Origin: a virus | Length of the DNA stretch: 64,000 nt | Reading direction: 5' to 3' (one strand) | Virus record (IMG/VR): IMGVR_UViG_3300031772_002569 | Span: 1 to 64,000 of that record | Shown here: positions 19,345 to 29,889 of the stretch, in pieces | Layout of the letters: each line of letters starts with the position of its first letter | How positions within the stretch are numbered: position 1 is the first letter of the stretch | Made by a program: the position numbers and the translations under genes | Notes under the pieces: generated by a model | What the model saw: only the letters and a program-made list of their open reading frames with translations | Database searches by the model: none | Told to the model about the DNA's origin: nothing

Positions 19345-21585
19345 TTATTCTTTTTTTAGAAAAAGTCCATTCATGGTCTTTGAAATGGAACCTATCTCTG
19401 TGACATTGATGTTCTTAGCATCTTTTCCATACATTGTTTGAAATTGGCGTAATAGGTGTTCACCAGTGTTTAATCCTAATGGGTGAGGAGATGAATATTC
19501 ATGTTTGTCTTTAATAAAATAACTCAGAATCTTTATTCCGTATGACCTGATTATTTGCATCTGTCGTTTGGTATGGAGTGCCGCGGGTTGTTCTGTATAA
19601 GAAAATCCCAGACCATTTGCCGCAGCGAAGGTATAACAAGGTTCTCCATCCGAAAGATTAAGAAAGTAGTGATCTTCTCCAACGACTCTCTTATTCAAGA
19701 TACATTCATTCATTATGGCTTCGAAGGCTAATCCTTCTGGAGTTCCTCCATTCGGCCTAAGAAACGGAAATAGATTTCTAATTTTGCTAATGTTATCCTT
19801 TTCCGAGTCGTATGCGATAACAATATATGGTAAATCCACCGACCCTATTCGGTGTGTTGCACGTAATGATACCGAAACATGAACGTTTTGAATACGGGAT
19901 GCTGCTACACAGATAGCTGTCAAACAAGTCATTGTAGGCAACCATTTTGTATCGGACGACATAGATCCACTTGAATCTACTGTTATATGCAATCGTGCAA
20001 CTTCATAACTTTCTTTTTTTAATTTATAGAAAATGTTTTCTGTGCCGGTTGCTAGTTCCGATAGGATTCTTCTTTCTATTTTTCCTGATGATCGTCTTAT
20101 GTATTTTATAATATTCGTTTCGTTACGAATTTGAAGTCTCTTTCCTAATCTTTTTCCCAAAGCAATTCCGTCTAATACAGCGGATAACGTTTTTTTGTCT
20201 GGTTCAGGACTCGTCTGGAAATCATCATGGGAACAAAATGGGAATACATCTCGTCCGGAAAACATCAATTCTCTCGTAAGATTATTTACAACTACACAAT
20301 CTACAGTCCTAATTTGTCCCTGTTGTTCAGCTCCACTAAAATGAGAATGAGCGATGTGAATTCCTGAATTTTCAATAATATCCAACAAAGAACCTTGTTC
20401 TTTATTTATTTCCTTTTTAAGATGTTCAGAATCATGTTTTAATATTTCCTTGTTTCTATAAAATTGATCTGCGATCTTCTTTATTTGTGATTCTGTAAAT
20501 TCACTAGTATCTCCACGTGCGTCTTCTGTTTTTTCTGTTGTTAACTTTTCTGCTTCGGATTTATTACCCCCAATAATATCATCTACATTTTGATTATTAT
20601 TCTTGGATTCTTCTTTTTTATCCGATGATTCATCACCGTCGTTTTTATCTCCCTCACCGTCATCACCCTCGTCTTTTGGGGTTGGGGTTGGTGGAACCGA
20701 ACTATTTCCGCTTTGAGGCATAACATCATCATCGGATTTTTTTGAAATCATTTGTGATACCTTCTTGATTGTCTGGTCCATACCACTCGTAGATTGTTTA
20801 GATAAAACATCTATGTTATCCAACACGATTCCTACTAACTCAAATGACAAATCCATTCTAGCCTCAGTTGTTTTAAGACGAAGAATGGAAGATATATCAA
20901 ATTTTTCGGCTATCTCCAGTAAGGATGGAAGAGCATCCAAATCTGTGTCGGCATTGGTCAAGTAAACTATTCTATATTCATAACAAGTTAAATTTTTCTT
21001 TCTATACATCTTCGATTTCAATGCTGCGCCGATAGCTTTAGCATTCCAAAGTCGATTGTATAGAGCTTTATAATACCCTCTATATCCGGGAGCTTCATTA
21101 AAAATATAAGAATCAATGTATCTGTCTTCTACAACATTAAACATCATTTTACAAAACTCGGCCACTTCTTCTCTTCTAAGATTTTTTCTCTTTCCTTTCT
21201 CGTATAGCGAGGGAGGAATTTTTAACCACATGGATTTAAATACATCAAAATCAGATTTTACTATGTGTGCAGCCTCGTGTAATGCCAATCCAATTGACCA
21301 ATCAAAATCGGATTTCTTTAGAATTGATGCGGAGATGTAAACAATCTCCCCATCAGTTGCTCCAGATTCGCCACTATAATACTTTACAGGAATACTTTTA
21401 TTTGTTAAAATAGATACGAAGTTGGAAATAACTCTCCGATATCCAGCCAATTTAATCAAATCCATTGTAAATAATGGTCCTGTGGTAGCATCTTTTTCGT
21501 CTTGATCTATATAGGTTTCAAAATTGGTATCATCCAACCAATAGTCTGAATAACAGTCTTCGACTTTATTGATGTCATTAGACAT
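19345..21585 (-). CDS. vWA-domain protein with N-terminal HExxH metallopeptidase-like domain (CobT-like)
   Basis: ATDG, LHEAAH, NVVEDRYID; acidic linker; MIDAS DSSGSM, GTPE, LSDGEP. Confidence 0.85.
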   Translation of the reverse strand: MSNDINKVEDCYSDYWLDDTNFETYIDQDEKDATTGPLFTMDLIKLAGYRRVISNFVSILTNKSIPVKYYSGESGATDGEIVYISASILKKSDFDWSIGLALHEAAHIVKSDFDVFKSMWLKIPPSLYEKGKRKNLRREEVAEFCKMMFNVVEDRYIDSYIFNEAPGYRGYYKALYNRLWNAKAIGAALKSKMYRKKNLTCYEYRIVYLTNADTDLDALPSLLEIAEKFDISSILRLKTTEARMDLSFELVGIVLDNIDVLSKQSTSGMDQTIKKVSQMISKKSDDDVMPQSGNSSVPPTPTPKDEGDDGEGDKNDGDESSDKKEESKNNNQNVDDIIGGNKSEAEKLTTEKTEDARGDTSEFTESQIKKIADQFYRNKEILKHDSEHLKKEINKEQGSLLDIIENSGIHIAHSHFSGAEQQGQIRTVDCVVVNNLTRELMFSGRDVFPFCSHDDFQTSPEPDKKTLSAVLDGIALGKRLGKRLQIRNETNIIKYIRRSSGKIERRILSELATGTENIFYKLKKESYEVARLHITVDSSGSMSSDTKWLPTMTCLTAICVAASRIQNVHVSVSLRATHRIGSVDLPYIVIAYDSEKDNISKIRNLFPFLRPNGGTPEGLAFEAIMNECILNKRVVGEDHYFLNLSDGEPCYTFAAANGLGFSYTEQPAALHTKRQMQIIRSYGIKILSYFIKDKHEYSSPHPLGLNTGEHLLRQFQTMYGKDAKNINVTEIGSISKTMNGLFLKKE

Positions 21586-21589
21586 AATA

Positions 21590-22555
21590 TTAGAATGGTA
21601 ATCTGGTTTTCTTTCCGGTCTTAGTGGGGTCTGTGATTGGCGAAGCTACGCCGGCAGAGTCCACGTCAAGATACTTTTGAATGATTTGTTTTATATACAA
21701 TCTCTCCGAATCTGTTCCTCCTTCTTTATCATAGAGAGGTAAAATGACCAATTCAGCAATCTCCTTCAATAAAAATTCGTCTATCACCATCTGTGCCATT
21801 TCAATTACTGTACCTGTAGGAATGAAGGTAGAAATTTTGGCGTCATCCATCGCTGATTGTTTTTTGGTATCATCAGAAATCCTACAAATACACTCAAAGG
21901 GTTTCTTAAATTTATCAAAATCCCCCTCAAACGTTACTTTAAGTAAGTTCATTTCTTGTTCAAAATTCAAAGCATCTATTTCGATGATAACAGGGAATCT
22001 TCGTTGAAGGGCAGCATCGATTACTTTTGTTGCGGTGAATTCATTTCCGATGTTTGCTGTAGAAACAAACATCACTGATTCCTCCACTTTAATTATGGAA
22101 GAGTCTGAGGTTTCATCCAGTCGGAGATATCGTTGGGTGGAATCCAACACAGGCATTAGAATGTTCCACGCATCGTGATGACCACGGGAAAGTTCATCAA
22201 GAAGAATGATGGAATTTGGGGTTTGGATAGCCGTCACGAATTGTGAAGGATTGAACACCGTTCCTTGGTCTTTCTTGTATGTGGTATTTCCAATCAATGT
22301 GGCCCTGGCGTCTTGTGTGGAACCTAGATTGAAATAAAAGAATGGGCGATTTAATGCCTTGGCTAGACATTGTGCAGACTTGGTTTTACCACAACGAGAT
22401 GGACCAACTAAGAGAGCGTTTCTTCCTCTTAAGGCTGCCCAAATCAATCCCTTCCATTTCACAGAATCGATTATTAAATCTTTGGGAATCAAAGTTGAAC
22501 AAGTTGACAGCATTTCCGTTACATCTACGTTTGACATACTTTTTGTGAGTTTCAT
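21590..22555 (-). CDS. MoxR/CobS-like AAA+ ATPase
   Basis: GPSRCGKT, ILLDELSR, TANIG, DAALQRRF. Confidence 0.9.
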   Translation of the reverse strand: MKLTKSMSNVDVTEMLSTCSTLIPKDLIIDSVKWKGLIWAALRGRNALLVGPSRCGKTKSAQCLAKALNRPFFYFNLGSTQDARATLIGNTTYKKDQGTVFNPSQFVTAIQTPNSIILLDELSRGHHDAWNILMPVLDSTQRYLRLDETSDSSIIKVEESVMFVSTANIGNEFTATKVIDAALQRRFPVIIEIDALNFEQEMNLLKVTFEGDFDKFKKPFECICRISDDTKKQSAMDDAKISTFIPTGTVIEMAQMVIDEFLLKEIAELVILPLYDKEGGTDSERLYIKQIIQKYLDVDSAGVASPITDPTKTGKKTRLPF

Positions 22556-22561
22556 TGGTAT

Positions 22562-22590
22562 AGTGTCTCACACTTTTTATACACAGTCAA
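22562..22590 (-). promoter_or_regulatory. Sigma70-like promoter, probably leaderless
   Basis: TTGACT-17-GACACT (TG upstream), then 6 nt to the ATG at 22555. Confidence 0.5.
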
Positions 22591-22640
22591 GTAAATAATA
22601 AAACGTGTTGATTTTCAACGTTTTATAATGGCAGAAACGG

Positions 22641-23153
22641 TTAGACTGTTGGAGATTCCGGTTTTTCAGAAGATTGCCGTGGAGATTGAACAAATGGATT
22701 TGGAATTTCGTGTGCGTCAATAGTATCATTTTCATACACGCCAATTCTTTCAAGAATCAATTCCAACTTTTCATAATTCATGAATTCAGAAAATCTAATT
22801 TGTAAACCTTCATTGTTATTGGCATTCTTTACTTTTCTTACAAAAACAACAGGAAAAGGTCGAGACACAGAAAAATAAATATCTTCAACAATATCAATAT
22901 CTTCAACAATATAATGACGTTGATATCCTTGTGTATTTGGATTCCATTTAAATCCCCATAATTCTAATGAATCTAAATGAAGTTGTTCAGTAACTTGTTG
23001 TCCATCGACTATAGGAGGAACAGGAGCCTTCATTTTAGTGAATCCCATATTCTTTAAAGCATCCAATTGGTCAGGAGTAAATGCATTAACATTGGATTCC
23101 AATAGTTCTTGGACCACTTCCTTTATTAATTTTTTGAATTCTGATTTTTTCAT
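22641..23153 (-). CDS. Hypothetical protein with KxxIxE leader (putative internal virion protein)
   Basis: MKKSEFKKLIKEVVQELLE. Confidence 0.6.
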   Translation of the reverse strand: MKKSEFKKLIKEVVQELLESNVNAFTPDQLDALKNMGFTKMKAPVPPIVDGQQVTEQLHLDSLELWGFKWNPNTQGYQRHYIVEDIDIVEDIYFSVSRPFPVVFVRKVKNANNNEGLQIRFSEFMNYEKLELILERIGVYENDTIDAHEIPNPFVQSPRQSSEKPESPTV

Positions 23154-23154
23154 A

Positions 23155-23412
23155 TTATCTGCTTCCCAAAGTATTCCCTGTTGCAGCGGCCCAGCTAGTT
23201 ATCTTTTCATTCCACTTTTGCCATCTAGCAGAGGAATATCCTTTTTTGTATCCCTCTTTAAAGTCATTGTCGGTTTTGTTTATATCAGTTTTTTCTTTGT
23301 CGAAATAATTACTCATTCCCAATCTATATCCTAAAATATATTGATGTGATTTTCCTGATACGTCCGACTTAACACTTTCGGATACTATGGATTTTAAGTC
23401 TGATCGTTTCAT
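23155..23412 (-). CDS. Hypothetical protein with KxxIxE-like leader
   Basis: MKRSDLKSIVSESV. Confidence 0.55.
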   Translation of the reverse strand: MKRSDLKSIVSESVKSDVSGKSHQYILGYRLGMSNYFDKEKTDINKTDNDFKEGYKKGYSSARWQKWNEKITSWAAATGNTLGSR

Positions 23413-24585
23413 TTAAGCTTTGAACTTCGGTGTTTTTTTATCCTTAACAATCAATTTCTTATCGTTCTTATGTTTAGGCGGTTTAACTTTGTTATCCTTG
23501 TCGGTGAAGTCTCTTAAACGTTTTAATTTATCAACCTCCACGCTTTTCATTGGTTGGTTTGGCTGGTCGTCGTCTTCCTCGACATCCTTTTTGTTGTAAT
23601 CCTTTTCATCGTTCTTTGTATCGCCTACTTCTTTTCTTTTGGGTTTATCGTGTTGAGGAAGATCTCCTTTGTCTGATTGATCCTTCAAATGTCCCATTGC
23701 TTTTGCTTTGGCCGAATCAACCTTAGTATCTTCGACATCTTTGAAGTTAGCTTTTACAAATGCCTTTACTTGGTCCCAGTTCAATGCGATAGCACGAATT
23801 CTGTCATCAAGATTCACCATCGCTTCAATATCAAACAGATTCTCGCATGTCTGAGAAATACGAACACGGAAAAGAGCCTTTGCATCTACGTTTAAATCGT
23901 TGTGGTCATCCCAATACACCAAGAAATCTTTGTTTATTTCATTGACAATTTTACTTAATTCCTGTTCAAGCTGTAATCTGGTTAAACCCAATCGTTGATT
24001 TCCATCTTTGGAGTATTGTTTGTCTATTGTTTCTTTTTCTTCTTTGTTTAGTTCGGGAGTTGGAACACTCATTACTTCCGTCAATACCTTACTTACAATC
24101 TTTCGCAGAGACTCTTTCAATTGATTTTTCTGTGCAGATTTTTTCTCAAGGCGGACTTCATTCAAAGTCACTCTTATTAAATTTTTAAGTGTTTGTTTAT
24201 TCATTTTTTTATTCTCCTGAAATCTATCTCTCGGTTCATATTGAGTGGGGTCAATTGGTTTTTGTATGGTTTCAATTCCTGGTTTTAAATGTTTAGCAAC
24301 ATCATAGACATTCACACCTACTTCGGTTTTGTCATACATTGGACCCTTAATGGATTCTCCTGTGTTCGAGTCGATGTATCGAACAACTTGGTCTAAATTT
24401 TTAGCGTGTTTTTTATATTTTTCGGCTGCTTCCTCAAAAGAATTGACTTTCAATTTCTTCCATTCGACTGCAAATATTTTTCGTTCAACTTTTTCAAGAA
24501 TGTGTAATTTAGCCGAACTAAAGCTCGAAGCTCCACTTGGCTGCACCCTAACTTGTCTATCTATAATCAAAACATTATCGTTCAT
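23413..24585 (-). CDS. Hypothetical modular late protein
   Basis: Internal MNKQTLKNLIRVTLNE and LKESLRKIVSKVLTE; Lys/Asp-rich tail; TATTTATA 5 nt upstream. Confidence 0.65.
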   Translation of the reverse strand: MNDNVLIIDRQVRVQPSGASSFSSAKLHILEKVERKIFAVEWKKLKVNSFEEAAEKYKKHAKNLDQVVRYIDSNTGESIKGPMYDKTEVGVNVYDVAKHLKPGIETIQKPIDPTQYEPRDRFQENKKMNKQTLKNLIRVTLNEVRLEKKSAQKNQLKESLRKIVSKVLTEVMSVPTPELNKEEKETIDKQYSKDGNQRLGLTRLQLEQELSKIVNEINKDFLVYWDDHNDLNVDAKALFRVRISQTCENLFDIEAMVNLDDRIRAIALNWDQVKAFVKANFKDVEDTKVDSAKAKAMGHLKDQSDKGDLPQHDKPKRKEVGDTKNDEKDYNKKDVEEDDDQPNQPMKSVEVDKLKRLRDFTDKDNKVKPPKHKNDKKLIVKDKKTPKFKA

Positions 24586-24607
24586 ATTGTTATAAATATT
24601 GATAACT

Positions 24608-25399
24608 TCAACTAAAAAACATATTTTCGGTCTTATTATCCACTCGAATTTCCTCTATTTCTTCTTTATATACAGTATTCTTTGGATATGATTGAAATGG
24701 GTGTTTTAGATTATTTAAAATATTCTTCTTTTTTATCTTATTCCCCAACAAATAGACGTATCTATGTTTGGTGGATTCTTTTTTCCTCCAAAACGTCTTT
24801 CCTATCGTTTTCTTTAAATGTTCTATATTATGTGACCCAAATGTTGAGAATGCTGTTCTTGAGTGCATCCATTTATAATTCGGTGGTCCTGATAATGATA
24901 TGGAGAAGTTAGGCATAAGGGCTAACGACGAATTACCCTGATAATAAAAGCCAGACGCTTGGTAGATGATTCCCCTGTGACCTTGTTCATTATCCGCGTA
25001 ACTTATGACGGCTTTGATTTTGGTCATGTCTCTTTTTAACAAAGATAGGGTATTCGATATACAATAACTTTCTATATTTCTTCCGTATCCGTCGTGAATA
25101 AACAAACGAGTAAGTTCTGTACATTCATTTATTTTAATTAGGGGAGATATTGATTCTGCTGCGCTTCTTCCTACAGGACCACCATAAATCACTGCACCAA
25201 TGAGTTTCACGGGTTTACAATCAAAAAATTCAGAAACATCTTCGGTATGATAATATATTCCGTAAGCTACATCACATAACGTCCATTTATGACTGTAATG
25301 ATATTTTTCTATTAATTCTCTAGCGGAAGACTTATCAATGGATTGTATAACAATCTTTGATGTATCTGTGTAACTTTCTTTTTCTTCGGATATAACCAT
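24608..25399 (-). CDS. Mom-family adenine-modification (GNAT-like) protein
   Basis: YHYSH, ELTRL, RNIESY, VISYAD..QGHRGIIYQASGFYYQG, KHRYVY. Confidence 0.75.
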   Translation of the reverse strand: MVISEEKESYTDTSKIVIQSIDKSSARELIEKYHYSHKWTLCDVAYGIYYHTEDVSEFFDCKPVKLIGAVIYGGPVGRSAAESISPLIKINECTELTRLFIHDGYGRNIESYCISNTLSLLKRDMTKIKAVISYADNEQGHRGIIYQASGFYYQGNSSLALMPNFSISLSGPPNYKWMHSRTAFSTFGSHNIEHLKKTIGKTFWRKKESTKHRYVYLLGNKIKKKNILNNLKHPFQSYPKNTVYKEEIEEIRVDNKTENMFFS

Positions 25400-25408
25400 G
25401 TATCTACA

Positions 25409-25708
25409 TTACACCAACCGTTCTAATTTCAACATATTTTTTAGTTCCGATTCGTTTTTATATACCATCAATTTTATATCAGGTTGCATACCATGAAGAT
25501 AATTTTTTAGAAATGTGGCTAATGATACAGAACCGTTTTGATGAATGAATCCAATTTTGTGTTTTTTAATCTTACCAAGATTTACATCTAATAATAGATT
25601 TTTGTAATCGGTGTAAGTTTTCATTACACAGTTATCGAAATTACCCACGTTTTTTACGGTATCTATATCTTCATCAACAATGAATACATGTGGTTTGGAG
25701 TTTTTCAT
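25409..25708 (-). CDS. Hypothetical protein
   Basis: 99 aa; HVFIVDED weakly resembles a receiver-domain beta1 strand. Confidence 0.5.
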   Translation of the reverse strand: MKNSKPHVFIVDEDIDTVKNVGNFDNCVMKTYTDYKNLLLDVNLGKIKKHKIGFIHQNGSVSLATFLKNYLHGMQPDIKLMVYKNESELKNMLKLERLV

Positions 25709-25714
25709 AATTTC

Positions 25715-26083
25715 TTACTTATTTTCTAATTCATCTATTCGATGATTTTTTCTTGTTAATTCTTCTTGATAATTTTCTATAGTATTCTTCATCAAGACGG
25801 ATTCTTCCTTTAATCGTGTTAACAACTCTTCATTGTGTTCCAACTCAATCTTTAAGGCGTCGTTTTCCTTTTTGATTTTATCCGAGTCGGAGTGACATTT
25901 ATCGAGTTCTCCCCAAATGTGTTCTCTCATTTCTGATTCTGCTTTAGTCACTGCCTCTATGGCCTTTACCTGCATATCAGTCATTAATTTTGTTTGTTGA
26001 AGTCTCACTCGGCGGTTGGCAACCGCGTATGTCAAAACCAATGTTACCAGTGGTGGTAATAGTATTGTCAATAATTCCAACAT
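25715..26083 (-). CDS. Membrane-anchored coiled-coil protein
   Basis: N-terminal TM segment plus long coiled coil; late-type motif at 26111-26118. Confidence 0.6.
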   Translation of the reverse strand: MLELLTILLPPLVTLVLTYAVANRRVRLQQTKLMTDMQVKAIEAVTKAESEMREHIWGELDKCHSDSDKIKKENDALKIELEHNEELLTRLKEESVLMKNTIENYQEELTRKNHRIDELENK

Positions 26084-26147
26084 AAAAAATCCCCAGTCAT
26101 GCCCGTTTTTTATAAATATAATGGAATTATTCTAAAATCAAATGAGT

Positions 26148-28124
26148 TTAACTTTTAGTAATCAATTGACATGAATCATTATTACAAAACCGTTCGACAT
26201 CTGCTTCTTCGTGTTTTATTCCACGGAATTTAACGTGTTTTATCTTAGCAGACATTTTTTCATATTCTTCACGGGTAATAGTCTCATAAGGCATCTGTTT
26301 ATAGGCACCACCCTTTTCGAGTATTGGTAGAAACGATATTCCTTTGAGTTGATACTGATAGAAATTTAATACATGTTGGATTTGGTCTGCTTCATCCTTA
26401 CGGAATGATATAGTGCAAGAAACTTGATTGTCTGCCCAATATCTCTGTAAAAATGCTGCCAAAGCCGCCTGTTCCCAAATACTTACACTTTTTACAGGTC
26501 GCAATTTATCTCCTACATTAACAGGAATTTCTACAACAACCGTAGTGTCTTCGGAACCGTAACACGGTTCAATGTGATAACCAGCTTCTTTAAGGGGAGC
26601 AATCAAATCACTGTATTTAGAAAGTCTCATACGTCGTATATAGCATACGTTTTCAGGAAAGTGAACTCCGGGAGTTGCTCCAGCAACCAAACTTACGGTT
26701 CCACTTGGTTTAATGGAAGTCTTCTTAATGCTTTTTGGTATAGCCAACCAGTCAGAATAAACTTCGTCGTAGTATTCAATCTTCTTGTATCCAGTTTCAC
26801 ACCACGTTTTGAATTCATCAATTCCTCTATTGGATAAGAATTGAACTATTCCACTCATGCTGCATCCGATTCTTCTATTTCTTAACATGACTCGATTCGT
26901 TTCAGGCCAATGCGTTTGTCCGAGTGTAACCGTCTTAGCATACAAGTAAGCATATTTCAAGGTAATCATGTAGTCTTCTATACTTTCGTGATTATTAGGA
27001 AATGTTTCAACCAAGCAACATAATTCGTAAGATTCCAAACTTTGTTCAAGACATGGATTCCCTCCTTCAACTCTATGGTCTTTGTGATCTTTCCCGTTAT
27101 TCATACGGGAATATCCTTTCATATTCTCCAACCATGCATATCCAGGTTCTCCGTTTATTTTTGTTCTTTCGGAAGCATTGGCATAATCCATTCCCAATTC
27201 ACAAAAAATGGAATTGTTAGATGTCCATCCATATTCTTCTCGTTGTGGGTTCTTTTTATAATTCTTTAAGTCAAGATATTCGTCGGAGTTATAATCACCA
27301 AATACAATTTCTGCTGTTCTACGAACGTTTCCTGCAACTACACACTTTCCAATCAAATTCATTGTATCTACAATTGTTGTGATTGTAATTGGTTGTCCAA
27401 CATTTTTTTCAAACACTAAACGTAAACTATCGTGAAGGTCTATTAGAGGTTGTGGACCGGATGAAACACCACCAAATCCTTTGATTGGTTTTCCGGCTTC
27501 TCGAATCAAAGAATAATCAAAATAAACTTCTTTTGTCTCAAGAAGATATGATTCTATCAACGATTTCGTAGATTCTACCCAACCTTCTCTTGTGTCAGCA
27601 ATTTTATAAATATGTTCTTGACATAAAGTTGGTTTTCCTACTTTTATTTTTCCTGCACCACGTATATCAAATCCTACACCGACGCCTAACATTGACATAT
27701 CCATCAAAAAACAAAATGATTTAGATACATCCTCTTTTATTGTTGATGTAGAAACGAATGCACAGTTATTTAACGCAGCATACAAATGTCTCTCTTCGGT
27801 GATTGGACTTCCCATAGCCCACAAACCTCTTCCGGGAGGAAGAAATTTCATATTGAACATTCTATCATACATCTCCTGTGCCGACTTCTGAGCTTTTATA
27901 GAATTCCATCCGAGTTTGTGTTGTTCTATCCAAGTCTTTTGCATGTTGAACGTGCCTTCTACGACACGTTGAACTGTTTCCCACCACTTTTCATTATCTC
28001 CATTTATTTTAATTCTTGAGTATGTTCTTAGATAAACCAATTCTCCTAATCCATTAAATCCAAAGGGAGGTTTCTGTCTTTTATACTTTTCGAGGAATGC
28101 GTCGGTTAGCCTAAATTTATCCAT
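26148..28124 (-). CDS. nrdJ: Class II (adenosylcobalamin-dependent) monomeric ribonucleotide reductase
   Basis: PPGRGLW, LNNCAF, GNVRRTAE, GGNPCLEQ, KPSGTVS, C-terminal FCNNDSC. Confidence 0.92.
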   Translation of the reverse strand: MDKFRLTDAFLEKYKRQKPPFGFNGLGELVYLRTYSRIKINGDNEKWWETVQRVVEGTFNMQKTWIEQHKLGWNSIKAQKSAQEMYDRMFNMKFLPPGRGLWAMGSPITEERHLYAALNNCAFVSTSTIKEDVSKSFCFLMDMSMLGVGVGFDIRGAGKIKVGKPTLCQEHIYKIADTREGWVESTKSLIESYLLETKEVYFDYSLIREAGKPIKGFGGVSSGPQPLIDLHDSLRLVFEKNVGQPITITTIVDTMNLIGKCVVAGNVRRTAEIVFGDYNSDEYLDLKNYKKNPQREEYGWTSNNSIFCELGMDYANASERTKINGEPGYAWLENMKGYSRMNNGKDHKDHRVEGGNPCLEQSLESYELCCLVETFPNNHESIEDYMITLKYAYLYAKTVTLGQTHWPETNRVMLRNRRIGCSMSGIVQFLSNRGIDEFKTWCETGYKKIEYYDEVYSDWLAIPKSIKKTSIKPSGTVSLVAGATPGVHFPENVCYIRRMRLSKYSDLIAPLKEAGYHIEPCYGSEDTTVVVEIPVNVGDKLRPVKSVSIWEQAALAAFLQRYWADNQVSCTISFRKDEADQIQHVLNFYQYQLKGISFLPILEKGGAYKQMPYETITREEYEKMSAKIKHVKFRGIKHEEADVERFCNNDSCQLITKS

Positions 28125-28243
28125 ATTCTTTAATTCGTTCTTGCTTTATTTTCTAATAATTATGATTATATATTCAATTACTTTAATAAATCACAAATTG
28201 AACAGAAATTTATTTTTGCGTTTACTTTTTTTTCAAAGTACTA

Positions 28244-29656
28244 TCAATTGAAATCCTTATCGTCTGGAATTTCTCTTTCATCCAATGCTTTGTTTTTCTT
28301 TACTTTATTCCAATTATCTCGGAGAATATTTTTGGTGGTATCTTCAGCGCTGCTCATTTTTTGTTGAACCTCAATTCCCTCTCTGGTAGATGGGTCAAAT
28401 ACTTGAATGTTTCCATTCGACGAATCGAAAAAGGTTGGAAACGTTATTCCATCGGCACCGAAACGGTTTTTCATAACATGAATTCTAGCAGTAGATGCTG
28501 CTTTGTCTTCCATCTTTCTTGATAATGAAAGAATAAAATCTCCCGTCATAATTTTTCTATAAGAATCAGCAACGTTATGTGCTTGGATTACTTCTTCTTC
28601 GTGGGAAGAACGATTTGATTGTGATGCTGTCCATATTGGAATTTGTAATTCTCCGGCTACCGTTCTTAATTCTTCATATACACTTCCTGCTTCGGAATAA
28701 GAATTGGAATTCTTTTCGGCTGTCATTGGTCGTAACAAATCGGCGTAATCTACCACCATCATATCAATTTTTTTACCGGTTAACATCTGAATTCTTTCCG
28801 CGTGAGTTTTTAAATTATGTGGGGCAATAGTCTTGATGGGGAAATATTTAATGAATAGTCTTCCGGGAATATCCGATATTTTCTTTTTGACTATCTCAAC
28901 ATTTTGACGAATTGATTGGAAATCGATTCCTGTGAAACAGGCATCATATCTAAGTCCTACATAGTTTTCATTTAATTCCAATGTAAAGTGTGCCACATTT
29001 TTTCCACGTTTCATGGCTTCAGCACCTAACCTTGCCAATAACCATGATTTACCGGAACCAGCAGGGGCAACAATAAATCCCAATTCTCCTTTTGCTAATC
29101 CACCGTCACAAATTTGGTCAATGATTTCCCATCCTGTAGGTATGGTTTCTCTTGCCATCTCACTCATTCTTTTCTCAATATCTTCAGTATAATCATGACC
29201 CAAATTTCGTTCGCTTCCAGCCTTTAATGCATCATCTACAACGTTCTTGATGCTATCATATTGACCTTGTTTTAAATAGTCAACCGATTCCATAATAGCA
29301 TTCTTGAGCTTTTGATTCCTACAAAATTCCAAGAACTGTTCCTTAACGAATTTCAAATCCGTGTCGTTCATTTTTGTATATACCAATCTTAATTGATCTA
29401 TCACCGATCTTTTTAAGACTTCATTTTCTATATTGTCTGATTTGATTTTGAATACGTTCAAGGTTGGAAGGTCTTTGTAGTGAATGAAGTATTCCTTTGT
29501 AGTTTCTACAACCCATTTGTTTGCATCTGTTTCCCAGTATTCTACACTGAGAATGTCATATATTCGTTCAAGAAACAATTTATCCGATATCAATGCTGAT
29601 ACACACTTTGTTTGAAACTCTTGTCCGAATTTTTTTAGATTGTCTATTTCCGTCAT
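28244..29656 (-). CDS. DnaB-like replicative helicase (T4 gp41-like)
   Basis: APAGSGKS, FTLEL, VVDYADLL, WTASQSNR, KNRFG. Confidence 0.92.
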   Translation of the reverse strand: MTEIDNLKKFGQEFQTKCVSALISDKLFLERIYDILSVEYWETDANKWVVETTKEYFIHYKDLPTLNVFKIKSDNIENEVLKRSVIDQLRLVYTKMNDTDLKFVKEQFLEFCRNQKLKNAIMESVDYLKQGQYDSIKNVVDDALKAGSERNLGHDYTEDIEKRMSEMARETIPTGWEIIDQICDGGLAKGELGFIVAPAGSGKSWLLARLGAEAMKRGKNVAHFTLELNENYVGLRYDACFTGIDFQSIRQNVEIVKKKISDIPGRLFIKYFPIKTIAPHNLKTHAERIQMLTGKKIDMMVVDYADLLRPMTAEKNSNSYSEAGSVYEELRTVAGELQIPIWTASQSNRSSHEEEVIQAHNVADSYRKIMTGDFILSLSRKMEDKAASTARIHVMKNRFGADGITFPTFFDSSNGNIQVFDPSTREGIEVQQKMSSAEDTTKNILRDNWNKVKKNKALDEREIPDDKDFN

Positions 29657-29889
29657 AATGTAATTCCTCTTTTTTAATCGTTATGTACTTTATCATTCAT
29701 ATCTTAAGTGTAAACTTAAAATATCGGAAGATAGTATGTGAACGTTTTTTGTTGTTTAATTAGATTGTACATAATTTTTATACTACTGTCTTAGTATTTT
29801 TATTTTGATTTTCATTTGTTACGCGATACTTATAAATTGAAATCGCCTGTAGGGGCGCTCAACAATCAAAAAGAAAGAGATAAGAAAGT

